Source of the DNA: Chloroflexota bacterium
GTDB taxonomy: Bacteria; Chloroflexota; UBA11872; VXNJ01
Direction: 5' to 3'
DNA: 64,000 nucleotides
NCBI GenBank assembly: GCA_965261345.1
Contig: OZ253449.1
Coordinates: 1,504,001-1,568,000, forward strand
In this document: positions 9,638 through 20,172 of the stretch, piece by piece
How the letters are laid out: each line of letters begins with the position of its first letter
Numbering within the stretch: position 1 is the stretch's first letter
Notes under the pieces: generated by a model
The model's input: only the letters and a program-made list of their open reading frames with translations
The model's database searches: none
What the model was told of the DNA's origin: nothing
Translations under genes and position numbers: made by a program

Positions 9638-10390
9638 ATGGCCGACCGTCTGACCCTTGCCGGCATCTCCAAGAGCTTTGGCCAGGGCGGCGCCCGCCTG
9701 AGCGTGCTCGACCGGGTTAGCCTGGGAGTGGGCGAGGGTGAATTCGTCTGCCTGGTTGGCCCCAGCGGCTGCGGCAAGAGCACCCTTTTTAACGTCGCCG
9801 TTGGGCTGGCCGAGCCCGATGCGGGCCGGGTGCGGCTGGACGGACAGGACATCACCGGGCGCCGCGGGCAGCTGGGGTTTATGCCCCAGCGCGACCTGCT
9901 ATTGCCCTGGCGTCGGGTCATTGACAACCTGACCATCGGGGTGCAGGTAAAGCGCGGCGACCTGGCCGCGGCGCGCCGGCGGGCCCGCCGGTTGGCGCCG
10001 CGGTTCGGCCTTGAAGGATTCCTTAACCACCATCCCTACCAACTCTCGGGCGGGATGCGCCAGCGGGCAGCGCTGCTGCGGACCATTGTGTCGGGTAATT
10101 CGATCCTTTTGCTGGACGAACCGTTCGGCGCACTGGATGCCTTGACCCGGCTGGAAATGCACCGGTTCCTGCTCGGTTTGCGGGGCGAGCTGGACCTGAC
10201 CGTCCTGTTCGTTACGCATGATCCCGATGAGGCGGTGGCGCTGGCCGACCGAATCCTGGTCATGTCGGCCCGGCCGGGACAAATATTGGATGAATTCGGC
10301 GTCGATCTGCCCCATCCGCGCACCGAACTGGCGCGCGGCGCCAACACCTATCGCCAACGCCTGCTGGGCGGGCTGGGCGCGCTCTCTTAA
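9638..10390 (+). CDS. thiZ: HMP/thiamine-precursor ABC ATP-binding protein
   Basis: GPSGCGKS, MPQRDLLLPW, LSGGMRQR, DEPFGALD. Confidence 0.9.
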   Translation: MADRLTLAGISKSFGQGGARLSVLDRVSLGVGEGEFVCLVGPSGCGKSTLFNVAVGLAEPDAGRVRLDGQDITGRRGQLGFMPQRDLLLPWRRVIDNLTIGVQVKRGDLAAARRRARRLAPRFGLEGFLNHHPYQLSGGMRQRAALLRTIVSGNSILLLDEPFGALDALTRLEMHRFLLGLRGELDLTVLFVTHDPDEAVALADRILVMSARPGQILDEFGVDLPHPRTELARGANTYRQRLLGGLGALS

Positions 10391-10449
10391 AAACAGGATC
10401 GGATCGGCGACGTCCTCGATCTTGCGGCCGATCTGTTGTCAAAATTAAC

Positions 10450-11724
10450 TTGCGGCTGGTTGAATTGAAAGGCTTGGGCGCGGCGATCTCGAGTGTGGAT
10501 GGTCAGGCGACGACGGCCCCAAAGACCAAGTCGCCCTGGCTGTTTGTCATCGTCGGCACGGCGATGGCGTTCGTTATGGTCGGATCGACCCAATCCTTCG
10601 GGATCTACTTGCGGTCGATGACCGAGGAACTCGAAATCGGCCGCGCGACATTTGCCCTGGCGATCGCGATCCTGCAGCTGGCCACCGGTCTGCCGGTGGC
10701 CGCCTACCTGGCCGACCGCTACGGTCACTGGAAGGTGATGCTGCCGTCCGGAGTCGTCTATTCCCTGGTGCTGCTGGCGGTCTCGCAGATCTCGAGCGGG
10801 ATCGAACTGGTTATCTACTTGGGCATCATCGGCGGCCTGGCGGTGAGCGGGGCGTCGATGACGGTGGTGGTGGGGGCGATCGGCCAGATGGTCCCGGTCG
10901 AGCGTCGCAGCACCATGCTGGGGATAGTGATCGCCGGGGCCTCGGCCGGAATATTCGTCCTGGTACCGCTCTGGCAGCAGATGTTGACTCTGTTTGGCTG
11001 GCGGATAAATTTCATGATCTTTGCCGCGGTGCCGCTGCTGGTTGGCGTGATGGCGTTCCTGTTCCTGCGGGCGGGGGCGGGCGAGCTACCGCGGAGCCGC
11101 GACGTGGTCGATGAGCCGTTCGCGAAGATGCTCGCCCGCGCCCGCCGCAACCGCGGCTATCTGCTGCTGACCGCCGGATTCTTCGTCTGCGGCTTCCATG
11201 TGGGATTCATCTCCACCCATCTGCCGGCCTACCTGGCCGACGGCGGGGTCGGGGTCGGGGCGGCGTCACTCTCGCTGGCGATGATCGGTCTGTTCAACAT
11301 CTTTGGATCGACCCTCTTTGGCCGCCTCGGCGACCGCTTCCGCCGCAGCAAGCTGTTGTCCCTGGTCTACTCGATCCGCGGGGTGGTCCTGATCGGCCTG
11401 CTTGTGCTCCCCTTAAATTCGGTAACCGCGATCGCGTTTGGGGCGTCGATGGGGTTCGTCTGGCTGGCCACCGTCCCGCTCACCTCTTCGACGGTTGCCC
11501 AGCTGCTTGGGGCCCGCTACCTGGCGGTCATGTTCGGCACCACCTTTTTCTCCCATCAGATCGGATCGTTCATCGGAATCTGGATGGGCGGCCGGGTGTA
11601 CGATTCCACCAGTTCGTACGATCCGATTTGGTTGGCGGCCATCTTCCTGGCGTTTGCCGCCGCGGCGCTGCACTACCCGATCAAGGACGCATTGCCCCGG
11701 GTCGCGGCCGCCGCCACCGCCTAA
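10450..11724 (+). CDS. MFS transporter (OFA/MCT-like)
   Basis: About 12 TM helices, ADRYG and G.LGDRF.R motifs, GFFVCGFHV. Confidence 0.9.
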   Translation: MRLVELKGLGAAISSVDGQATTAPKTKSPWLFVIVGTAMAFVMVGSTQSFGIYLRSMTEELEIGRATFALAIAILQLATGLPVAAYLADRYGHWKVMLPSGVVYSLVLLAVSQISSGIELVIYLGIIGGLAVSGASMTVVVGAIGQMVPVERRSTMLGIVIAGASAGIFVLVPLWQQMLTLFGWRINFMIFAAVPLLVGVMAFLFLRAGAGELPRSRDVVDEPFAKMLARARRNRGYLLLTAGFFVCGFHVGFISTHLPAYLADGGVGVGAASLSLAMIGLFNIFGSTLFGRLGDRFRRSKLLSLVYSIRGVVLIGLLVLPLNSVTAIAFGASMGFVWLATVPLTSSTVAQLLGARYLAVMFGTTFFSHQIGSFIGIWMGGRVYDSTSSYDPIWLAAIFLAFAAAALHYPIKDALPRVAAAATA

Positions 11725-11779
11725 GACTCCGGCAGCCGGCGGCCCTGCGCTCGCTCGCCCAACCAGAACGCCGCCCGCC

Positions 11780-12427
11780 CTAGTTTTTGATTTCCAGGCT
11801 TCCGAGCAGGACCGATCCAGAAACAATCAGTTGGGGTAGCGCCCCGGCCACCGAATTGCCGCCCGAGATTCCTCCGAAGACTGCGCTCACCTGTTGTTCG
11901 GTCGCCCAACCTTCGGGGATCTTGAGCTCGACTGAGCCGAACATGACCAAAACCTCGACTGCCGCCGGACCGTCGGCGTCGGCCTTGGAAAGGTCGATCT
12001 GGCAGCTGCCGAACAGGGCGGTCGCCGACAGCTGTCCGGGGAGCGGTCCGGCAAACGCCCGTTCACTGGACCCAAAGACGGCGGTTAACGAATTGGCCCC
12101 TCCGGCGCTGCGGGCCGAGAGTGAACGCACCACCAGGTAGGCCCCCACCGCAACGATCGCCAGCGGCCAAAAAAACCGGCCCAGATTGATATCTAGCGAT
12201 AGGCCGGTAAGGATTGCCAGTTGCCAGATTGCCAATAGCGCCAGCGCCAGCCAGGTTTTCCATGAAAATCGCCAGCCGCCGCTGCCGATTTTGCTTACCG
12301 CCAGGAAAACTATCACGTAAAGCGGGAACAGCTGCCAGAAGTGGGGAAACCCGTCTATTGCCCCGTCAAATAGGGCGGCGAGCCCGAATACGATCAGCAC
12401 CGACCCGAAGGCCGCCCGCCGCCCCAA
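11780..12427 (-). CDS. LiaF-like cell-envelope stress membrane protein
   Basis: Four N-terminal TM helices, then repeated A.FG beta motifs (AVFGS, ALFGS..IDL, VMFGSVEL.IP..W, AVFGG). Confidence 0.75.
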   Translation of the reverse strand: MGRRAAFGSVLIVFGLAALFDGAIDGFPHFWQLFPLYVIVFLAVSKIGSGGWRFSWKTWLALALLAIWQLAILTGLSLDINLGRFFWPLAIVAVGAYLVVRSLSARSAGGANSLTAVFGSSERAFAGPLPGQLSATALFGSCQIDLSKADADGPAAVEVLVMFGSVELKIPEGWATEQQVSAVFGGISGGNSVAGALPQLIVSGSVLLGSLEIKN

Positions 12428-12455
12428 TGCTTTTGACCCGCTAATCGCCCGTCGC

Positions 12456-13028
12456 CTAAGCCTCGACCCGGCAGTCGCTTATCGCCACGTCGTAAACCAG
12501 GTCGAAGATCAGTCCGACCACGGTGATCGATTCGCCCGGCTGACGGTCTTTCTGGGACTCGTAGTCTTCCTGGCCGAGGGTGCAGATCACCCCGTTGGCG
12601 TCGCCCTCACCGACGATCATGAGGAATCCGCCGCGGCCGATCGAGAAGTTCTCGCGGATCACTCCACTTATGCGGGCGACCTTGCCAAAGTACTTGGCCT
12701 CGGAGGCCTCCTCATCGGCGATAAATTCGCCAAACAGGTCACCGGCGGCAATTTCCAGGTCGACCTCTGGTTCAGCGACCGGCTCCGGCGTCGGCTCGGG
12801 AGTTGGTTCAGCGGTCGGCTCCGGCGTTGGTTCAGCGACCGGCGCGGGCGTCGGTTCGGGCGTCGGCTGGCTGGTCGGGGCCGGGGTTGCGACCGGCGCC
12901 GGGTTTGCGGCTGGCGACGCTTCGGCCGACCCACAGGCAGCCAGAACCAGGGTCAGGCCGCAGGCTACGACCAGCATAAAGGCCGCGGCCAACCGCGACT
13001 GATCTTTCGGGTACACGTGCTCTCCCAT
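12456..13028 (-). CDS. Lipoprotein with Pro/Thr linker and OB-fold (tRNA_anti-like) domain
   Basis: LAAC lipobox, PTPE repeats, A.DL..EF..DE.A...KY.GK...ISG.I. Confidence 0.75.
   Translation of the reverse strand: MGEHVYPKDQSRLAAAFMLVVACGLTLVLAACGSAEASPAANPAPVATPAPTSQPTPEPTPAPVAEPTPEPTAEPTPEPTPEPVAEPEVDLEIAAGDLFGEFIADEEASEAKYFGKVARISGVIRENFSIGRGGFLMIVGEGDANGVICTLGQEDYESQKDRQPGESITVVGLIFDLVYDVAISDCRVEA
12768..12905 (-). repeat. Coding tandem repeat (PTPE/VAEP linker)
   Basis: Repeated ggttcagcgaccgg / gtcggctccggcgt units. Confidence 0.7.
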
Positions 13029-13031
13029 CGT

Positions 13032-14003
13032 TTAGCGCTCGCGCTCGGCCAGCCGGTCGATTAGCTGCTGCAGCATCGACCTGTAACTAGTTTGAACTGG
13101 CAGCAGTCCGGTCAGGCGCCGGCAATTGGCAATCTTCTGTGCCAGCGCCGCTTGGACCTGGCCGCGGATACCGGCCGATTCAAGCTGGCCCAGGATGTGG
13201 AGCACCTGGGCGTTCGAATCGGCCGGGCCGGGGAGTTGACCGCCCGAGGTTTGGAACATGACCATCGGCAGACTCTTCTTGCCGCGGCGCAGGTCGCCCC
13301 CCACCGGTTTTCCGGTCACCGCTGGATCGCCCCAGATCCCCAACTCGTCGTCACGGATCTGGAAGGCCATGCCCAGTTCGTTGCCCAGGCGGCGCCAGGG
13401 CCCGCGCTCGGCCCCGGCGGCCAGCGCCCCCAGCTCCAGCGCGAGGCCAAAAAGCGCCGCCGTCTTGGCGCCAATCATCTGCTCGTACTCGGCCAGCCCG
13501 ACTCGCGCGCGCGCCTCGAACTGCAGGTCCAACTGTTGGCCGAATACCACCGTTGCGGCTCCGGCCGCCAGCAACCGGGTGCCCTCGGCGGCACGCTCTG
13601 AACCGGCGATGGCGGTAAAGGCGCGTGCGAAGAGCAGGTCGCCGGCGTTGATCGCGGTTGCGTCGCCCCAGATCGTCCAGGCCGCCGGTTGACCGCGCCG
13701 CCGCCGGTCGCGGTCCATTACATCGTCATGGAGCAGCGTCATGGCGTGGAATAGCTCGACGCTGGCCGCCGCCGGCAGCGCGGCATCTCCCCCGCCCAGG
13801 CTTTCGCCGACGAGATGGGCAAGCCCGCCGCGCAGCCCCTTGCCGCCGCCGGCTTGCGACCGCGGCGATCCGTCGCGCTCGGTCCAGCCCAGATGGTAGC
13901 TGGCCACCTGCGTGGCCAGCGAAGGATCCAGACCCATGGTATCGCGCATCGCCTGCAAAATGAGCGGCCGGCAGGCGGCAAGATAATCTGAAATGCTTAG
14001 CAC
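13032..14003 (-). CDS. Polyprenyl diphosphate (GGPP-type) synthase
   Basis: GKGLR, LLHDDVMD.D..RRG, KTAAL, FQIRDD, GKPVGGDL..GK. Confidence 0.95.
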   Translation of the reverse strand: MLSISDYLAACRPLILQAMRDTMGLDPSLATQVASYHLGWTERDGSPRSQAGGGKGLRGGLAHLVGESLGGGDAALPAAASVELFHAMTLLHDDVMDRDRRRRGQPAAWTIWGDATAINAGDLLFARAFTAIAGSERAAEGTRLLAAGAATVVFGQQLDLQFEARARVGLAEYEQMIGAKTAALFGLALELGALAAGAERGPWRRLGNELGMAFQIRDDELGIWGDPAVTGKPVGGDLRRGKKSLPMVMFQTSGGQLPGPADSNAQVLHILGQLESAGIRGQVQAALAQKIANCRRLTGLLPVQTSYRSMLQQLIDRLAERER

Positions 14004-14150
14004 TGGGCGCTCGATTCAATTAATGACAAGCGGTTTCAAAACCCATCAACGCCGATCACTTAGGGGCCCCGGTCACCCGCCCCGATCGGGCAAAGCTTGA
14101 GTCCATTGCGGCAATACTTGCCAGTCTCCAATTGTTAGATAGAGGCTAAA

Positions 14151-15629
14151 TTGCAAAGTTCGGCTCTGGCCAGGATGAGTCTGCGGACCGGGTTTGCGCC
14201 GCAGGTGATCGGGTTCATCTGCGTATACCTGGGGACCTACGACGGCACCGCCTGGGCGGTGGTCCTGCCCGAGATCGCAGGGGAGCTCGAACTCGACCTG
14301 ATCGTTGCCCAGTGGGTCGTACTGGCGCCGATCATAATGACCGCGGCGCTGCTCCTGGTGATGGGCAATCTGGCCGACAAGATCGGTCACCGCCAGGTCC
14401 TCTACTACGGATTGGCGGCCTATGTTGCCGGGGCATTGCTGGTAATCCTCTCTAGCGGGTTCGCGTTGCTTATCGTCGCGCGCTTTCTAATGGGGGCCTC
14501 GATGGCGGTGCTCTTTACCGTGGGGCCGGCCTTTACGGTTCGGGCGTTTGTCCCATCGCAGCGCGCGCGCGCGCTGGCGCTCGTTGGCGTTACCACCTCG
14601 ATCGGCCTGGTTTCGGGTCCCCTGCTGGGTGGCCTAATGACCACCGTTTTCGGTTGGCGCAACCTGCTGTGGCCCACGCTGGTGATCCTGGCGGTATGTT
14701 TGCTGGTCATCTTCATTGCCAGCCGCATCGGTTTGTGCGAGCGGCTTTGGGAGACCCCGCGGCGCCCGGAGCGGCGATTCGACCTGCGCGGGGCGGTGCT
14801 TATGGTGCTCTGGCAGGGACCGCTGCTTTTTGCCATCACCCTGGGCAACGAGCGTGGCTGGCTCAGCCCCGAGATTCTGGGTGCCGGGGCGATCGCCCTT
14901 ATGATGCTTGCACTTTTTGTCTACCTGCAATTGAACACCGCCAATCCGACGGTGGAATTTAGGCTGTTTAAGCTGCGCGACTTCCGCCTGCCGGTGTTGG
15001 CCGCCTTTCTGGGTTTTATGGCGGTAACCGTCGGATTCCTGCTGCTGCCGATCTACATGGCCCGAGTGCTGGGACTCTCACCATTCATCATCGGCCTGGT
15101 GTACGCGTCGAGCCCGGCGATGATGTTCTTTGCGGCCCCGCTGGCCGGAATCTGGGCCGAACGCTCCGCGCCGCGCCGCCCGGCGACCCTCGGACTGGCG
15201 CTGATAGGGTTGGGCTCGCTGCTCCTGCTCCTGCTGCAGACTGATTCACCGGCCTGGCTGCTGCTGCTGCTGGTTCCGGTTGTCGGATTGGGGCTGGGAA
15301 CGTTCGAGTGGACGATAAACACCTCAATCGTTGGTTCGCTGCCGCGCTCGATGCTGGGGGTTTCGGCCGGATTCCTGGCCACCGCCCGGACGTTCGGGTT
15401 CACCGCCGGCCAGGCGGTCTGGGGGCTAACGTTCACCCTGGTGGTCACCTTGCAGGCCGGTACCGCCGAGGCGCTCGACGCCGGTCCCGAAGACCTGCTT
15501 TTGGGCTACCGGGTGTGCCTGGCCGGCGCCGCGCTGGTTGCCCTGCTGGGCGCGTATCTTGCCTTTAGGCAGCGCGACAACCCGGCGCCGGCCAGCGAGG
15601 CCGAGATCGCCGCGTTGCGGCCAAGTTAG
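14151..15629 (+). CDS. MFS drug:H+ antiporter (DHA2, 14-TM)
   Basis: GNLADKIG, GPLLGG, FDL.G motif, multiple TM helices. Confidence 0.9.
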   Translation: MQSSALARMSLRTGFAPQVIGFICVYLGTYDGTAWAVVLPEIAGELELDLIVAQWVVLAPIIMTAALLLVMGNLADKIGHRQVLYYGLAAYVAGALLVILSSGFALLIVARFLMGASMAVLFTVGPAFTVRAFVPSQRARALALVGVTTSIGLVSGPLLGGLMTTVFGWRNLLWPTLVILAVCLLVIFIASRIGLCERLWETPRRPERRFDLRGAVLMVLWQGPLLFAITLGNERGWLSPEILGAGAIALMMLALFVYLQLNTANPTVEFRLFKLRDFRLPVLAAFLGFMAVTVGFLLLPIYMARVLGLSPFIIGLVYASSPAMMFFAAPLAGIWAERSAPRRPATLGLALIGLGSLLLLLLQTDSPAWLLLLLVPVVGLGLGTFEWTINTSIVGSLPRSMLGVSAGFLATARTFGFTAGQAVWGLTFTLVVTLQAGTAEALDAGPEDLLLGYRVCLAGAALVALLGAYLAFRQRDNPAPASEAEIAALRPS

Positions 15630-15687
15630 GCGCCGATGCGGTTTTTAAGCCGGCACCGGATCCCGGCCTACCTGGCCGGCACCGGTC

Positions 15688-17640
15688 CTAGGCCGAGGAG
15701 GGGTCGCGCTTTAGACGCGGTGCCGGATTAAGGCCGACCGACGGTTTTTGGGCGGCGCCGTCCTCGGTTGCCGGCGGCTCCTCGGGAGCGGGATTGACTA
15801 GAACCGGAAGCGGTACGTCCTCGCCGGCCAGCAACGCCTCGAACGTGGACAGCTCGATGCTCTCGGCAGTCAATAGGAAACGCGAGATTTTCTCCAACTG
15901 GCCCATGTGGACCTTGATCACCGCGGTGGCCCGGTCGTGCGCCTGGGTAACGATCTGAGTCACCTCGTCGTCGATCTGCTGGGCGACCGCTTCGGAATAG
16001 TTGCGTGTTTCCTGGATGTCGCGGCCCAGGAAAATCAGCTCATCCTTGCGCCCAAAGGTGCGCGGTCCGAGCTGGCGGCTCATCCCGTAGCGGGTGACCA
16101 TCTGGCGGGCAACGTCGGTGGCCCGTTCCAGGTCGTTGGACGCGCCGGTGGTAAATTCCTGGTAGATCGCCAGTTCGGCGGCGCGGCCGCCCATCATGGT
16201 GGCGATCTGGTCGTCGAATTGGCTCTTGGACATCATCGAGCGATCGGTGGGGGGCAGGAAGCGGGTGTAGCCGCCCATCCGTCCGCGGGCGATGATCGAA
16301 ATCTTGTGGACCGGGTCCATCTCCCCCATGTAGTGGCCGACGATGGCATGGCCGACCTCGTGGTAGGCGGTAATTTCCTTCTCGCGTTGGGTAATTACCC
16401 GGCTCTTGCGTTCGGGGCCGGCCACCACCCGGTCGATGGCTTCTTCCATTTCGACCATCGAGATTTCGGTCTTGTTCTCGCGGGCGGCCAGGATCGCCGC
16501 CTCGTTGAGCAGGTTCGCCAGGTCGGCCCCGGTAAAGCCCGAGGTCTCCTTGGCCACGACCAGCAGGTCGACCCCGGCGGCGATCGGCTTGCCCTTGGAA
16601 TGCACCCGCAAAATCGCCTCGCGGCCGCGGATGTCGGGCCGGTCGAGGATCACCTGGCGGTCAAAGCGCCCCGGGCGAAGCAGTGCCGGATCGAGGATGT
16701 CGGGGCGGTTGGTGGCGGCGACCACGATCACCTTGGTGTCGGATTCGAAGCCGTCCATCTCCACCAGGATCTGGTTGAGGGTCTGCTCGCGTTCGTCGTG
16801 GGAGCCGCCCAGTCCGGCGCCGCGCTGGCGCCCGACCGCGTCAATCTCGTCGACGAAGATCATGCAGGGTGCGCTCTGGCGGGCCTTCGCAAACAGGTCG
16901 CGCACTCGCGAGGCGCCGACCCCGACGAACATCTCGACGAATTCGGATCCCGAGAGCGAGAAGAACGGCACCCCGGCTTCGCCGGCGACCGCCTTGGCCA
17001 GGTAGGTCTTGCCGGTTCCGGGCGGACCCACCAAGAGGATGCCGGCCGGAATGCGGGCACCGATCTTGGTGAATTTTTCCGGATATTTGAGAAATTCAAC
17101 AACTTCGGTCAGTTCCTGCTTGGCCTCGTCGACCCCCTGAACATCCTTGAAAGTGACGGTTGGCCGCTGCCCGGAAATGACCCGCGCCTTGGTGCGGCCG
17201 AACGATAGTGCCTGGTTGTTTGATCCCTGCGCCTGGCGCATCATGAAGAACAGCAGGCCGACGATGAAGATGATCGGCAGGAACGAGAGCAATCCACCCA
17301 GGATTCCGCCCAGGCGCGAGGGTTCGGCGTATTCGACCTCGACCTGGGAGAAACCGATGTTGGCCGCCCGCAGATCAGCGATGATGTCGGTCTCTGCACC
17401 AATGGCCGCCGAACGGGTGACGTTGCCCGAATTGGTGTACTGCAGGGTGTTGTCGCCGGACACGTAGAGCTTGGGCCGGGCGCCGGCTAGGACATCGCCC
17501 TGGACGTCGGAGAGCAGCTGCGAATAGGAATACTGGGGCGAGCTGCTGGGGGCCGAGAAGACGATGAACAGCACCGCCAACACCGCGACCGCGATGACCA
17601 GGTAAACGAACCCGTTGCGGGTCCAGCGGTTGTTTAGCAT
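15688..17640 (-). CDS. ftsH: ATP-dependent zinc metalloprotease FtsH
   Basis: Two TM helices, [11 protein letters not shown] motif [23 protein letters not shown] zinc motif. Confidence 0.99.
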   Translation of the reverse strand: MLNNRWTRNGFVYLVIAVAVLAVLFIVFSAPSSSPQYSYSQLLSDVQGDVLAGARPKLYVSGDNTLQYTNSGNVTRSAAIGAETDIIADLRAANIGFSQVEVEYAEPSRLGGILGGLLSFLPIIFIVGLLFFMMRQAQGSNNQALSFGRTKARVISGQRPTVTFKDVQGVDEAKQELTEVVEFLKYPEKFTKIGARIPAGILLVGPPGTGKTYLAKAVAGEAGVPFFSLSGSEFVEMFVGVGASRVRDLFAKARQSAPCMIFVDEIDAVGRQRGAGLGGSHDEREQTLNQILVEMDGFESDTKVIVVAATNRPDILDPALLRPGRFDRQVILDRPDIRGREAILRVHSKGKPIAAGVDLLVVAKETSGFTGADLANLLNEAAILAARENKTEISMVEMEEAIDRVVAGPERKSRVITQREKEITAYHEVGHAIVGHYMGEMDPVHKISIIARGRMGGYTRFLPPTDRSMMSKSQFDDQIATMMGGRAAELAIYQEFTTGASNDLERATDVARQMVTRYGMSRQLGPRTFGRKDELIFLGRDIQETRNYSEAVAQQIDDEVTQIVTQAHDRATAVIKVHMGQLEKISRFLLTAESIELSTFEALLAGEDVPLPVLVNPAPEEPPATEDGAAQKPSVGLNPAPRLKRDPSSA

Positions 17641-17781
17641 GCCGAGATCGGCCTAACCCGTGCGACTGTGGCCATCCCCGCTGCGGCGGGTCCTGGGCCC
17701 AGAACCGATTGCATATAAATCTGCCAGTTTCTAAGGGTTTGCGAGTCTAGCACCCAAGCTTGGCGCCGACCGTTTGTACCC

Positions 17782-19188
17782 CTATATACGAACCCCTGGC
17801 CCGGGCGGATTGTCGACCGGCCGAGCGTCGCCAAATTGCCAGCTGATTGCCACCGCCCGGCCGCCCGGCCCGTCACCTGGCGGCGGGCGCGGCAGCCGGA
17901 GCCCGCTCACGTAGACCGGCCGCCCCTTAAAGCGAAGGCCGAACGCGCCCGCCCGCCGCCAGGTGGGCAGGCCGGCCAGCGAAACTCCCATCGCCGCCGC
18001 CGGCTCAAGCGTGAGCGCCTCGAGTGGTGGTTCCAGTAGCAGAACGGCCCGGTTGTCGGCGCCGGACTGCGGGCCCTCCGCCGCCGCCGTGGCGGTCAGG
18101 GTCAGGCCAGGATCGGGCAGGTAAAGCGAACCGGGTACCGCCAGGCTTCCGCCGGCCAGTAGCCGGGGCGGCCGCCAATTGCTAGCGCAAACCAGCAGCT
18201 GCCCGCGCGATCGCTCGATCCGGGTGAGCGGGGTGAGCGGGAAACTGGCCGGAGCGCGGTCCGATTCGAGTGCAAAGCGCAGCCCCGCCCCCAGTGGATC
18301 GCGGCGCGGGTACTGGCCCGCGACCCGTCCGGCCAGATCGCGCAGCAGCAATCGGCCCAGGCCGGGCTCGATCCCGGCCAGGCCCTCGCGGCTGATTTCG
18401 TAGGCGCCAAAGTAGGGCGCGGCGCCGGCCTGGGCAAAAGCCAGTCGAGCGCAGATATCGATCGCTTCGGCCTCCTCGCGCAGATTCTGGGCGGCCCGCG
18501 CGATGGTCCGCTCAACCCCCGGGCGGATCGCCCGCAATGTCGGCATCACCGCCTTGCGGATGCGATTGCGATCGCCAATTGACTCATCGTTGCTGGGGTC
18601 GAGCCGGTAGGGGAGGTCGAATTCAGCCAGGTACGAAAGGATCTGGCGGCGCTCGATTGCCAGCAGCGGCCGCAACCGTGGCGGGCTGGCCGCGCCATTG
18701 ATCTCCGCCATCGCTGCCAGACCACGGGCTCCGGCCCCGCGCAGCAACCGCAGCAGCAGGGTCTCGGCCTGGTCGCCCAGGTGGTGCCCGGATAGGATCG
18801 CCTCGGCCCCGCAGCTGCGGGCGGCTTCTTCCAGGAATTCCCAGCGCTGGTTGCGGGCCCGCAGCTCGGCCGACTGGCCCGAGGCCGGGGCGACCAAATC
18901 ATCGGCCGCCGCGCTGGCGAATCCGCACTCCCAGCGCCTTGCCAGGTCGGCCACCAGCTGCCGGTCAAGGCCCGAATCGGGGCGCCAGCGGTGGTCGTAG
19001 TGGGCCAGTACCACGCCGACCCGCCTTTGCCGGGCCCAGGTCGTGGTCGCGTGACCTAGGCACACCGAATCGGGGCCACCCGAGACGGCCACCAGCAGAT
19101 TGGTCGGGGCGGTGATGCCGGCGCGCTGGAGCACGCCGGCCAGGGCGCCGGCAATCGGGGACCGCAAGCTAGCTGCCGGTGGAACCAA
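17782..19188 (-). CDS. tilS: tRNA(Ile)-lysidine synthetase
   Basis: AVSGGPDS, GHH.GDQAET.LLRLLRG, DPSN, RNRIR; adjacent to ftsH. Confidence 0.95.
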   Translation of the reverse strand: MVPPAASLRSPIAGALAGVLQRAGITAPTNLLVAVSGGPDSVCLGHATTTWARQRRVGVVLAHYDHRWRPDSGLDRQLVADLARRWECGFASAAADDLVAPASGQSAELRARNQRWEFLEEAARSCGAEAILSGHHLGDQAETLLLRLLRGAGARGLAAMAEINGAASPPRLRPLLAIERRQILSYLAEFDLPYRLDPSNDESIGDRNRIRKAVMPTLRAIRPGVERTIARAAQNLREEAEAIDICARLAFAQAGAAPYFGAYEISREGLAGIEPGLGRLLLRDLAGRVAGQYPRRDPLGAGLRFALESDRAPASFPLTPLTRIERSRGQLLVCASNWRPPRLLAGGSLAVPGSLYLPDPGLTLTATAAAEGPQSGADNRAVLLLEPPLEALTLEPAAAMGVSLAGLPTWRRAGAFGLRFKGRPVYVSGLRLPRPPPGDGPGGRAVAISWQFGDARPVDNPPGPGVRI

Positions 19189-19645
19189 ATCCCCCGCGGC
19201 TGGGCGCGGTGACCCGATCCTGCTCGACCAATTCGCAGACCGGGGTGGCCACCACGAACGCCTGCGCGATGCGTTCGCCGCGGGCGATCGGCACCGGATT
19301 GGGGGTGGGGTTGTAGACGAGGACTTTGAGTTCGTCTTCGGGTCCGCGGTAGTCCGAATCGACCACCCCCACCCCGTGCGGAGCGATCAGGCCCTTGCGC
19401 AGCGGGGTGGAGGAGCGCAGCGCGACCAGCAGCGCATGCCCCTTTGGAACTGCAACGATCAGGTTGGCCGGAATCAGACCGGTCCGGCCGGGCGGGATAA
19501 GGGCTGCGGTGCGCGCATAGAGATCGAAACCGGCCGCGCCGCCGGTCTGGTAGGCCGGCGCCGGCAGGGAATCGTCGAGCCGCTTATAACTCAAACGCAA
19601 TCTGCCACCGCCCGGAGCTAGCTCCCGCTGAGGATCTTCCACCAC
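19169..19645 (-). CDS. dut: dUTP diphosphatase
   Basis: AGFDL, RSS, GVVDSDYRG, ERIAQ, RGGFGSTG. Confidence 0.97.
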   Translation of the reverse strand: MVEDPQRELAPGGGRLRLSYKRLDDSLPAPAYQTGGAAGFDLYARTAALIPPGRTGLIPANLIVAVPKGHALLVALRSSTPLRKGLIAPHGVGVVDSDYRGPEDELKVLVYNPTPNPVPIARGERIAQAFVVATPVCELVEQDRVTAPSRGGFGSTGS

Positions 19646-20019
19646 CCTCGCAGATTCGACCCCGGCGACGGTTCGGGCGGCGATGGTTCGGATGGCAGAT
19701 CTCCAAGCGAGGCGGCCGCCGGGGCCGGCGGGAGCGGGAACCCGGTGAGGACGATCTGGATGTCGCCCGGTTCGACCAAGCCCAGTTCGCGCTTGGCCGC
19801 CGCCACAACGTAGTTGTCGGATTGGCGGTAGGCGATCAAATCGCGCAGCGACTGGCTCTCGCGTTCCACCGCGGCGATCTCGGCGCGCAACTGTCCGATC
19901 CGCAGTTCGGTCCCGACGATTACCGGCGAGCTAACGATTTGATTGGAAATAAGCCAGATTGCCGTCGCGAACATGACGACGGCCAGCACGCGCACGCTGA
20001 TGTGGGCCAGATGGGTCAT
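19618..20019 (-). CDS. ftsB: Septum formation initiator (FtsB/DivIC family)
   Basis: TM helix plus coiled coil, then YV...AKRELGLV.PGD. Confidence 0.8.
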   Translation of the reverse strand: MTHLAHISVRVLAVVMFATAIWLISNQIVSSPVIVGTELRIGQLRAEIAAVERESQSLRDLIAYRQSDNYVVAAAKRELGLVEPGDIQIVLTGFPLPPAPAAASLGDLPSEPSPPEPSPGSNLRGWWKILSGS

Positions 20020-20172
20020 TGCGAATGGACGGGGGTTTGCTCGGGGTCCGCGGGTAATTTAAATTATGCTCGGGGCCTTCAAGGCCAGCTAGCTGGAAAA
20101 TATCATTGCAGGTTTAAAAAAATTCGGGACCGCCCGCCCTAAACCCTTCGAAAGCTTTAAGAACCCAGCGCG

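Noticed and set aside
6524-10390. thiN, TPP riboswitch, thiamine-binding protein and thiXYZ cluster as a novelty
   Set aside because: This is an established thiamine-salvage arrangement.
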